Source: a virus (lineage: Duplodnaviria > Caudoviricetes). From it: a stretch of 64,000 bases of DNA. Each line of letters opens with the position of its first letter. Within the stretch, counting starts at the first letter, position 1. The position numbers and the translations under genes are program-made. The DNA lies in IMG/VR virus record IMGVR_UViG_3300030330_000562, positions 1 through 64,000 of that record, one strand, 5' to 3'. Shown in pieces: positions 38,705 through 46,642 of the stretch. The notes under the pieces are model-generated. The model was not told the origin of the DNA. It did no database searches and worked only from the letters and a program-made list of their open reading frames with translations.

Positions 38705-39585
38705 TGCCTTTGTCTCCTCTCCAATGCAGACTTTGCGGTTTTTAAACTAAATTTATTATACGGATTTAGACTGCTGACATTCTTGTGTCCAGTCACAGAT
38801 TGAATGGCTAAGTGGTCTACGTCACTCTCAATCATCTGAACAATGGCGGTCTTACGCAGATCACCTACCCTCAGCTCATCAGGAAGGCAAGCAATAGCCT
38901 TAACCTCTGCCAGTAGTCCAGTCATCTGGGAAACTGTTAGCGGTCTGTAGGCACCGTCTGAGGCTCTGTGGTGAGGCACTACATACGGTTGGAAGTCCCA
39001 GTCACCCTTCTGTTCAGTGAGCATGGCAATTAAGTTAGGTGGTATCGGTAATTCTACCTCAGCTCCACGTTTAGTTTGTTTGATTTGTACAACTCCCTCA
39101 TCAAGATCAACGTTGTCCCAAGTTAGATTGCGAATATCTATTGGACGTTGACCCCACTCATAGCACATCAATACGATCAACCCGATGTTACGCCATTCGA
39201 ATTTAGTAAAGGCGGTATCGAGAAATGATAGTACCTGATCGTGTGTCCATACGACAGATCGTGGTTCACTGCTACGTTTCTTAACTTTAGCCATTGGATT
39301 AGTCACCATTATCTCCATTGATATGAGGTAGTTGATGAGAACTGAAAACACCCTAGCGTTATGGTTTGCATTCGAGGTGGATGTTTCCAGCTCCCACGTA
39401 TCGTATATCTCAGAGCACATCGGTACGGTCAACTTGTTTAGCTTCACGTTACCAAGTCGTCTTCCCATAACAGACATACGACAGAAAGCTAATAGACAAC
39501 ACTCGTAGTTCTTTTGAGAGGAACTAGAGAGGGAGCAGAACTGGCGAGTGTGGAGATAATTGTCTACAGCTTTATTAAATTTCAT
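38701..39585 (-). CDS. Tyrosine recombinase/integrase (start at 39585 preferred; track gives 39600)
   Basis: GQRPIDIR, KQTKRG, GDLRKT, VTGHK...PY catalytic motifs. Confidence 0.88.
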   Translation of the reverse strand: MKFNKAVDNYLHTRQFCSLSSSSQKNYECCLLAFCRMSVMGRRLGNVKLNKLTVPMCSEIYDTWELETSTSNANHNARVFSVLINYLISMEIMVTNPMAKVKKRSSEPRSVVWTHDQVLSFLDTAFTKFEWRNIGLIVLMCYEWGQRPIDIRNLTWDNVDLDEGVVQIKQTKRGAEVELPIPPNLIAMLTEQKGDWDFQPYVVPHHRASDGAYRPLTVSQMTGLLAEVKAIACLPDELRVGDLRKTAIVQMIESDVDHLAIQSVTGHKNVSSLNPYNKFSLKTAKSALERRQRQ

Positions 39586-39635
39586 ATCTTTCCTATCCAA
39601 TGTGAACAGTCATCATGTGGGTCATCTACTTCCAT
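39582..39635 (-). CDS. 17-aa leader ORF (MEVDDPHDDCSHWIGKI) coupled to integrase
   Basis: SD AGGAGG at 39641-39646 (minus); its TGA overlaps the integrase ATG (ATGA). Confidence 0.5.
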   Translation of the reverse strand: MEVDDPHDDCSHWIGKI

Positions 39636-39665
39636 AGGCACCTCCTACATTAAGGAGCCTATAGT

Positions 39666-39730
39666 TATACTTAAAGTTTATAATAATACTACTATTAATA
39701 TTAAAAAACTTTAAGTATACTTTAAGTATA
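39666..39730. repeat. AT-rich inverted-repeat element A (origin-like)
   Basis: TATACTTAAAGT...ACTTTAAGTATA arms around an AT-rich core; related to 46452-46548. Confidence 0.75.
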
Positions 39731-39772
39731 TAAAATACACTAATTTACTAATTAATCAAGTGTGACATGTCG

Positions 39773-40741
39773 TCACATATATTTCTTCCAATACTTATTA
39801 CTACCATAATTGTCTGCGTAGTTGTAATACCTAGACATATCATCAATGTGGCACTCCTCCATGAGTGTGTGTGGGTTAAAGCCATACTGGTCAAGCAGCT
39901 CTGCAATCCTAGTTGGGTAGTCAACAATAATCTGCTCAAGAGCAAAAGTATTATCTTCATCGTAATCATACCTGTAACCATATTTGTCATTGCGTTGCCA
40001 CAAGTCCTCAACCTTGGATGCATCACGCTCAAACACTAGACCAGACCAGTCAGATTGACACAGTGCAATCAGTAATTCATCAGCATAATCAAGGTCTTGC
40101 ACCTCGTTCTTAGTGTGTTGATTGTAGTAGCCAACACTGATATTAGTGCACTCAGATACTACTGAAGCATACTCATTGCTATCGGTATAAGAACCAGTGT
40201 TGTCAGGTTCTAATAGTGGCATATTTACAACATCTGCAAAAGATTTTGCAAAGGCATCAGATGCAGTACGCAGTCCCATCTGGTGTGTGATCACAGAGTT
40301 CTGACCCTTACGATCAAAAGATATTACTGCGTCAATGTAACTCAGCCACTGAGGTTCAGATGCTACAAGCTGCTGACTACCCTGACACCCAGACTCTTCT
40401 GCTGCATGAATAACATAGACACCTTTTACACCGAACTCAATCATGCCAAGGATCAGCCATACACCAGTGGTGCAGTCAGCACCTAGACAATTAGAGTCAG
40501 CATGGTTAGATACAGACACTACGTCATTCATAATGATTAGCTTTTGAAAGCCATCAGTGCTATGCACAGTGTCATGGTGTGCAGTAAAACATAGATTAGG
40601 TTTGTCACCTATCACCTTGATATAATTACCAAACTTGTCAGGCTTGCCGAACGTAGGTTCGAGAAACCTCTTACAAAAAGCTCGCTGCGTAGCACTACCC
40701 TCTGGTCGTTTGTAACGCAACATTTCTACTAGACTATGCAT
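39773..40741 (-). CDS. M28/M20-like zinc metallopeptidase
   Basis: FTAHHDTVH, LGADCTTG, HAAEESG, ISFDR, CTNISVGY..QH Zn ligands. Confidence 0.8.
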   Translation of the reverse strand: MHSLVEMLRYKRPEGSATQRAFCKRFLEPTFGKPDKFGNYIKVIGDKPNLCFTAHHDTVHSTDGFQKLIIMNDVVSVSNHADSNCLGADCTTGVWLILGMIEFGVKGVYVIHAAEESGCQGSQQLVASEPQWLSYIDAVISFDRKGQNSVITHQMGLRTASDAFAKSFADVVNMPLLEPDNTGSYTDSNEYASVVSECTNISVGYYNQHTKNEVQDLDYADELLIALCQSDWSGLVFERDASKVEDLWQRNDKYGYRYDYDEDNTFALEQIIVDYPTRIAELLDQYGFNPHTLMEECHIDDMSRYYNYADNYGSNKYWKKYM

Positions 40742-42360
40742 TAGTCATCCTCCTCTTTTCTTTTCCAAATACCATCTGTTTCATCAAGCTCTAGCTCATC
40801 ACCCTCAGCTTCTTCAATAGATATAGTGTCACCTACATGAGTGATAGCTTTCTGATCGGCAGCATATACCTCACCATCCCAATCGGATATGAAGTAAGTA
40901 CCTGCATCAATAGCACGTTGACTGATATAGCAATCCTGATCCTCACAATAGTAGGCTAGGTCAGTGTGCCAGTACTCATCGTCATTATCACAGTACATGA
41001 AGTGATCACCATACTCAACAGCCCAATCACTAACACGCTCCTCAGTATAACCATTTCTACAACCGTAAGGTACATAGACCGTGTAAGACTGATCAACGTG
41101 ATAATCTGCATCTGCATACTCGCAATAGAAATGCTCATCATAATAGCAGTCATTGCAGTAGTGCTGCTCAGTATACTCACTAAAGTAATATTCTGTCTCC
41201 ATCAAACCACAACCACAATTATCACACTGACAATCGTGAACACTAAGTGTACCTGAGTAGCCACTGGCATCAATGTCACCAGCATCAGAGATGATAAGAT
41301 ACTCACCATTGTCATGTAATCTGCGTGGCTCAGGGTCAAGGTATGGTGCATAGAAAGAATCCTCATCATCATCGACTGGCTTACGCACTAGCCTAGCACC
41401 CTCCCATGCACCATCACAACCATACTCACCACCGTTGGTATTGATATGATGCTCTATCAAATCTATAGCTTGCTCTGACACACCATATATCGGACCGCCT
41501 CTGTACGTGCCATCGGGCATGACACGAACCACACAACGAGATGCGATCTTACCGTCTGCATCTTCTGACCATAAGATCTTGAAGTCACCACTTGCGTAGA
41601 CTGACACTGGATGTACAGGCAAGTGATCGAAATCATACCGCATACATGATGATGCACTAGACTTACGTTGATAAGTGGTGTTGATATTGTCAGTAGGGGC
41701 TTGCGTCCATGAGTATGCTTTGACAAAGTCTGCTGCATCTGTACCCTCCTTGAGAAATAGCTTACGTGTAGCAAACCTGTTAAGATACATATCAGTAAGC
41801 TCAATAATCTGTTTATGTTCTAGCTCAGGAAACATCATAGAAAATGCACGAGCTGGCTTCATGGCAACCTCACGCTCACGCTCAAAGCGATCACGAGCCG
41901 ATTGATACATGGTGATCTTAGGTGCAAACCGTTTGGATCTGCGAGGTGAGAAGCATCGCATACGTATTGTAATCTTGACCTCAGTTTTTACTGCAAGAGT
42001 ACCTCCAGTCACTCGTGATAATGCTCGGTCAAACCATGTGATTAGTGTATCGTCACGGTCACGATTCCACATATTTACCTCATCGTAGTTACCCCATGCC
42101 TTGAGTACAGGGTCAATCTCATCAGGTGCAGACCAGTCACGTTTAACAACAAAGCCATTCTCCTGTGGCTCTGATACTAAGAACTTCATGTCATTGATCC
42201 AGATAGTACCACCAGTCAACTCTCTAGTGTTGTCGTAGTGTACATTTATCTGTGGCATATCCACATCGTAGTTCTTGTACAGCTCAAGTTGTGAAGCAAG
42301 GTGTGCATTGTATGCAGTGACCTTGTCCATATCATGAGGCATTAACCAATATTTAGCCAT
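40741..42360 (-). CDS. Conserved early protein with SSCM motif and acidic Cys/Tyr-rich Zn-ribbon-like C-terminus
   Basis: SSCMRY...HPVSVY...SRCVVR; CDNC...YCNDC repeats; TAATG coupling to the peptidase. Confidence 0.7.
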   Translation of the reverse strand: MAKYWLMPHDMDKVTAYNAHLASQLELYKNYDVDMPQINVHYDNTRELTGGTIWINDMKFLVSEPQENGFVVKRDWSAPDEIDPVLKAWGNYDEVNMWNRDRDDTLITWFDRALSRVTGGTLAVKTEVKITIRMRCFSPRRSKRFAPKITMYQSARDRFEREREVAMKPARAFSMMFPELEHKQIIELTDMYLNRFATRKLFLKEGTDAADFVKAYSWTQAPTDNINTTYQRKSSASSCMRYDFDHLPVHPVSVYASGDFKILWSEDADGKIASRCVVRVMPDGTYRGGPIYGVSEQAIDLIEHHINTNGGEYGCDGAWEGARLVRKPVDDDEDSFYAPYLDPEPRRLHDNGEYLIISDAGDIDASGYSGTLSVHDCQCDNCGCGLMETEYYFSEYTEQHYCNDCYYDEHFYCEYADADYHVDQSYTVYVPYGCRNGYTEERVSDWAVEYGDHFMYCDNDDEYWHTDLAYYCEDQDCYISQRAIDAGTYFISDWDGEVYAADQKAITHVGDTISIEEAEGDELELDETDGIWKRKEEDD

Positions 42361-42361
42361 G

Positions 42362-42853
42362 TTAGTTCCTCCATTCTGGCTCTCTACCCCAACGCCATGT
42401 CAGGGTAATATTGTTTTCTTTCCAACGATCATTCATATACATCCGATACGCTTGATGCACGTCATCAACATCTGAATAATCAACTCCACGTTCTAAATTC
42501 CTAGCACAGTTGGCAAACGGTGTCAACCCCTCACTAGGAAAATATCCACTATCTGCATACTTTTGAAAGTCAGTAAGCAGATTAGCAGACTTGTGCAACC
42601 CATCCTTCTGTAAGAATAGGTGTGACATATGACTAAGCAACCACTTGAAGTTAGCTCGTGATTGCCTAGCCCAGATTGTACAAGGGTGGTTCAAGTATGC
42701 CACCTTGTACACCGATAAGTCAGTATCTGGACACAGTATACGCACTGCGGTAGACAACATTTGCGCAGATTCCAATATCATTTTGTTCTTGCGAATGTCG
42801 TCTAACCACTGTGCAGACTGCATCGGACACTTATCCAATGCAAATATATTCAT
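42362..42853 (-). CDS. Pyrimidine-dimer DNA glycosylase (DenV)-like family protein
   Basis: MNIF.LD..P...A, KMILESAQMLST, NHPCTIWAR, AYRMY motifs. Confidence 0.7.
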   Translation of the reverse strand: MNIFALDKCPMQSAQWLDDIRKNKMILESAQMLSTAVRILCPDTDLSVYKVAYLNHPCTIWARQSRANFKWLLSHMSHLFLQKDGLHKSANLLTDFQKYADSGYFPSEGLTPFANCARNLERGVDYSDVDDVHQAYRMYMNDRWKENNITLTWRWGREPEWRN

Positions 42854-42856
42854 GTA

Positions 42857-43225
42857 TTAATTACTCCCATCACCCATGCTTTTATTGATTATAGCTTGTG
42901 CAAAGTCATTGAGCTTACCACTAAGCCATGCATTGTCGTCCTTCTGAGCTTGCTTGAGCTGCATCAACTCAGCCTTAACCTTGTTATGCTCAGTCTTAAG
43001 CACCTTGAAGTTCTTAGCTATTCTCTCAGCTTTAGTTGGCATAGGTAGACGCTTTGCAACTTTTAGAGAGAAGCCATGCTTTCTAAGCCACAGAATAAGC
43101 GCAGATCTGTGCATACCGAAGTGGTCACACACTTCCTGTTGTGTTATAGATGGATTGCCCATGTACATTTGACACGCTGCAATTTGAACTTCTACATCGA
43201 AACGATTACCATTTGAATTACCCAT
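42857..43225 (-). CDS. HTH-containing protein with C-terminal coiled coil (candidate regulator)
   Basis: ITQQEVCDHFGMHRSALILWLRKHG. Confidence 0.6.
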   Translation of the reverse strand: MGNSNGNRFDVEVQIAACQMYMGNPSITQQEVCDHFGMHRSALILWLRKHGFSLKVAKRLPMPTKAERIAKNFKVLKTEHNKVKAELMQLKQAQKDDNAWLSGKLNDFAQAIINKSMGDGSN

Positions 43226-43247
43226 AATGATCTCCTATAATTTGGGT

Positions 43248-43595
43248 TTAAATTAAACTGCGAACTTCCGCAGTCACGTTATAGTCTGCGACAAACCATC
43301 CACCATTGAATGATATACTGTACAGACCAAAGTTTGGATCAGACTGTTTAATTGCTGATACAATATCAGACAGACTTTCACCAGACATCTTTACAGTTTT
43401 GGTATCACTACCATCAAAGTACGTACCCTCAAGCACGTACTCATCCACCATCTTTACAGCTTGAGCAACCTGAGCATAAGCATAAGCTGCTAGTTGTCTT
43501 TTCCAAAACGGTGTAAGTTTAGGCTTACTTGCACCAAACTTAGAACGTTTTACTGACAGAATTTTTTCTGTTTCTTGTAATTCATGTATCAACAT
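43248..43595 (-). CDS. Hypothetical early protein
   Basis: 115-aa ORF in early operon. Confidence 0.6.
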   Translation of the reverse strand: MLIHELQETEKILSVKRSKFGASKPKLTPFWKRQLAAYAYAQVAQAVKMVDEYVLEGTYFDGSDTKTVKMSGESLSDIVSAIKQSDPNFGLYSISFNGGWFVADYNVTAEVRSLI

Positions 43596-43609
43596 TGTTT
43601 ACAAACCCT

Positions 43610-43834
43610 TCATTCGTTAGACACAATACGGCTGACAGTATCCTCTGCAAACTTTATAGTACCATCGGGTAGATGCACCTCAAGCTCCATGTTGGTATGC
43701 CCGAAGTCACTATCCCTGCGTTGCAATCTACACACGATTTCATTTAGACTACTACCTGTTTCATCTAACATTACTGGTTCTTCTGCACCCATTGGGTAAT
43801 ACCAACCAGTTAAAATTACACTATGATTTTCCAT
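43610..43834 (-). CDS. Hypothetical early protein
   Basis: 74 aa; TAATG overlap with upstream ORF. Confidence 0.6.
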   Translation of the reverse strand: MENHSVILTGWYYPMGAEEPVMLDETGSSLNEIVCRLQRRDSDFGHTNMELEVHLPDGTIKFAEDTVSRIVSNE

Positions 43835-43989
43835 TATGTATCCTCACCATCATTAATAAATACTACAATTTTAAAACCGAAATTCTCAGTTTCATAGTCC
43901 TCACCCTTGATATAATCAAAAATTATATCTCGCATGATGTCAATATCTGAGCAATCAAACTCAGTTAATTCAATTTCTTTTATTGCCAT
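43834..43989 (-). CDS. Small acidic early protein (51 aa, MAIKEIELTEFD...), not in ORF track
   Basis: Read manually; TAATG coupling to 43610-43834. Confidence 0.55.
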   Translation of the reverse strand: MAIKEIELTEFDCSDIDIMRDIIFDYIKGEDYETENFGFKIVVFINDGEDT

Positions 43990-44072
43990 TTATATACCTT
44001 TCACAAATTGAACGGATGCGTGTGATGACAATGACTTTACCATTGTCACCATACAACACCCACTTTTTACCA

Positions 44073-44333
44073 TTATATACTAACTTCATGATCTTCATAC
44101 TCATCCACAAATTCCACATTGTAGTCAAGTATCTCAACCCATTTAAGTCCATACACGTGTGCATAGTAACCGTTTACGTGTCCACTTGACGCACCATGTC
44201 TAGGACAAGTCGCATTTCGCAATACGTCTGGCTCACCACGAAAGTTTTCTATCGGATCATTCAATGATACTGGTTGCATATCATCCTCAGTTACTAGGCG
44301 AAATGTTGCCCCATTAAAGTTTTCTTCAATCAT
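44073..44333 (-). CDS. Hypothetical early protein
   Basis: SD AAGGAG; 86 aa with CPRH motif. Confidence 0.65.
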   Translation of the reverse strand: MIEENFNGATFRLVTEDDMQPVSLNDPIENFRGEPDVLRNATCPRHGASSGHVNGYYAHVYGLKWVEILDYNVEFVDEYEDHEVSI

Positions 44334-44346
44334 GTTATACTCCTTC

Positions 44347-44405
44347 TCTCTAGATTAACATGAGAAAACACCTGACAAAATATTATCAGGTGTTTATTCG
44401 GTTAA
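44347..44405 (-). repeat. Intergenic repeat/hairpin copy 1 (RNase III-site-like)
   Basis: 26-nt exact repeat TCTCTAGATTAACATGAGAAAACACC shared with 44685-44710; long imperfect stem. Confidence 0.75.
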
Positions 44406-44416
44406 CCATCGATTAA

Positions 44417-44674
44417 TTATGCTAGATCATAATCATAATCTTTTGGATACATCTCACCTACAAAACTTTCCTCATCAAAGTTATGGAATTCATCACTTTC
44501 ACGAATTCGATCAAAGCAAATAAACTTATCATAATCATTAGTAAAATACCGGATGCAATCACAATAAGTTATAGCCTTTTGATAATACTTATTCCTCAAA
44601 TCTCTTTGCTTTGCTCTATCGGATCTTTTGATACAATAAATCGCTTTTCTTTCCCATTGATAAACTATGTTCAT
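44417..44674 (-). CDS. Hypothetical early protein
   Basis: 85-aa ORF between the two hairpin repeats. Confidence 0.6.
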   Translation of the reverse strand: MNIVYQWERKAIYCIKRSDRAKQRDLRNKYYQKAITYCDCIRYFTNDYDKFICFDRIRESDEFHNFDEESFVGEMYPKDYDYDLA

Positions 44675-44684
44675 GTTTTCCCTT

Positions 44685-44745
44685 TCTCTAGATTAACATG
44701 AGAAAACACCCGACAGAATACTATCGGGTGCTTATCCAATGTTAA
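44685..44745 (-). repeat. Intergenic repeat/hairpin copy 2 (RNase III-site-like)
   Basis: As copy 1, with compensatory CCTGA/TCAGG to CCCGA/TCGGG change. Confidence 0.75.
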
Positions 44746-44766
44746 GCAAAGTGTTATATTATAACA

Positions 44767-45282
44767 TTACGCTGCCGCTGTAACGCCTTTTTTATCCATA
44801 ATCTTTTGATTGTTTAATTCTTTTTGAACCACTTGCAATGCTGCAATCATAGCACCAATACGCTCTGGATTGCGTTTTGCTACACCTTGAGCATACTTAA
44901 CTGGATCAAAATCTACTACTTCTGTTTCTGTTCTAAATGCACTAGACCATTTAGATCCACGCATTGAAATACCGTCTGCTACCAACTGATTAAGTGTATC
45001 AACTGCACTATTTGTAAGTGTAGCATTTTTAGTTTTGATACGATATTGATTAGTCTTTTTATCAATATTAATATTAACACCTGACCAGATCGATCTGATA
45101 GTCAACTCAAAATTATTAGCACCGTCTTTTTTAGATTTAATCTTATCTAACATCATAGCAATAATCGAAGTATCACCAGTTTTGATAGCATGGTTTACAG
45201 CATCAAGAGTGTTTTGACCCATTGCAATTCCGTTGCCTAAGTTACGTGAAAAGTTACCTACGAATTTTTTAATATCTTGCAT
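44767..45282 (-). CDS. First gene of early arm, hypothetical
   Basis: Strong SD AGGAGG; 171 aa. Confidence 0.75.
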   Translation of the reverse strand: MQDIKKFVGNFSRNLGNGIAMGQNTLDAVNHAIKTGDTSIIAMMLDKIKSKKDGANNFELTIRSIWSGVNINIDKKTNQYRIKTKNATLTNSAVDTLNQLVADGISMRGSKWSSAFRTETEVVDFDPVKYAQGVAKRNPERIGAMIAALQVVQKELNNQKIMDKKGVTAAA

Positions 45283-46422
45283 TTTAATCTCCTATTAATG
45301 CAATTACTGTTGTCGATATAACATCATGTTATACCGTCAATATACTTAATAAATATATTGAGAGTATAACATAGGGCATCAAGTATAAAACTTAATGCCC
45401 TAAAACTTTTCATCTTATAGCGTTTATTCCCTAATGTTTTGAACCATAGTCAAAGGCTCAAAATAAATAGTCGCTTGATATAGAAAGTTTGCCCATACCG
45501 CACCACTATTTAGAACTATTACTTTTTTCATTTCTGGTTTTGCATTTGTCCACCAGTGACCCGTCCACCTTGCGTTATAAAGTTACCGCTAATAGTTGGC
45601 ATCTGAAAAACTCTTGCGATTTTTCTCGACTGTTTCCTAGTCTGAAATCAATACTTTTTTGATCCTAACTTATATGAAACCACGGAGAACATGTAGAAAT
45701 AAATTCCCTTATATCAGCTATACCGTAAGCGAATAACCTAGTTTATCGGTCAATGCAGCGTTACCATAACTGCATATTGGTTTACTGTAACTAAATGTTA
45801 CTGGATAGATCTACTAGTTAAACCACCAATTGAGAATAACCACTCAGTGTAGATCTAAAATGTCAAATATCGTGGGCTTAAAGGTAAGGGCTGAAACTCC
45901 GACTACTGCCTTGCCATAAACAACAGCTAGTTCGGTATTTTCAAAGACAAGAAAAAAATTATAACCTATTGATTTTAAAAGAAAGAAAGTTGAAATTAAA
46001 AGGTCACAACTGTTGACCTAGCTAATATAATAATCCAGCCAGATAGCTCTAAAAAATCAGTGAAAAAATCAGTATGGGTATACATAACTTTTCAGTTTTT
46101 CGCTCCAGCTAGTAAATGTTATGTTATAACATCCAGAATAGCAGCTATTTAATAATATATTGTATAATTTACTGAATAAAATCAGTTAGTTACCTTAAAA
46201 ATTACGATAGTTTCTACAAACGGGCTAAACGCAATGTTATAACATAACGGCCGTATGGGTCACACGGGGTATACCCGTACGTATATATGCCCAATGACAG
46301 AGATGTGATTTTTTAGTTTGGACAAAATGTCGCACCTTTTCCCTAAAACTAGCTGTTAACCTTTATTTTGTGATCACAAATATAAAAACGCAACGTCATT
46401 TAAAATAAAATTAAAAAAGTAG

Positions 46423-46451
46423 TTGACTTCGGGGGCAACATACATTATAAT
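46423..46451 (+). promoter_or_regulatory. Sigma70-type promoter
   Basis: TTGACT-17nt-TATAAT. Confidence 0.75.
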
Positions 46452-46548
46452 TATACTTAATGTATACTTAAAGTAACCTTAAGTTTATTAATTACTACTA
46501 ATATTAATAGTTATTATATACTTTAAGTAACTTTAAGTATACTTTAGT
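46452..46548. repeat. AT-rich inverted-repeat element B (origin-like)
   Basis: Reiterated ACTTAAAGT/ACTTTAAGT arms around a TACTACTA-containing AT core; related to 39666-39730. Confidence 0.75.
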
Positions 46549-46610
46549 CATTACTAGAAACGATAAGAAAATAAAAATTAAACTTTTTTTGTCGTAGCAC
46601 ATAAAAAGTG

Positions 46611-46639
46611 TTGACTTTACCAAAAAATTTAGGTATAAC
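46611..46639 (+). promoter_or_regulatory. Sigma70-type promoter at head of late arm
   Basis: TTGACT-17nt-TATAAC. Confidence 0.7.
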
Positions 46640-46642
46640 TAG

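Larger units (their letters stand above)
45283..46642. other. Large non-coding divergent control region (candidate genome termini/packaging and origin region)
   Basis: No ORF >60 aa; separates divergent arms; dense in palindromes, repeats and promoters. Confidence 0.7.

Noticed and set aside
38393-39770. tRNA gene or tRNA-derived attP core near the integrase
   Set aside because: No cloverleaf, TTCGA(A)TC T-loop or CCA-ended fragment recognised here or in the 45.3-46.6 kb gap; a tRNAscan run would be needed for certainty
39761-39777. TGTGA-N7-TCACA as a CRP site
   Set aside because: Spacing is 7 rather than the required 6, and it overlaps the peptidase stop; kept only as an unexplained palindrome
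45883-45915. Hammerhead ribozyme (CTGA...GAAA-like text)
   Set aside because: The CUGAUGA and GAAA core elements are not arranged with three stems on either strand
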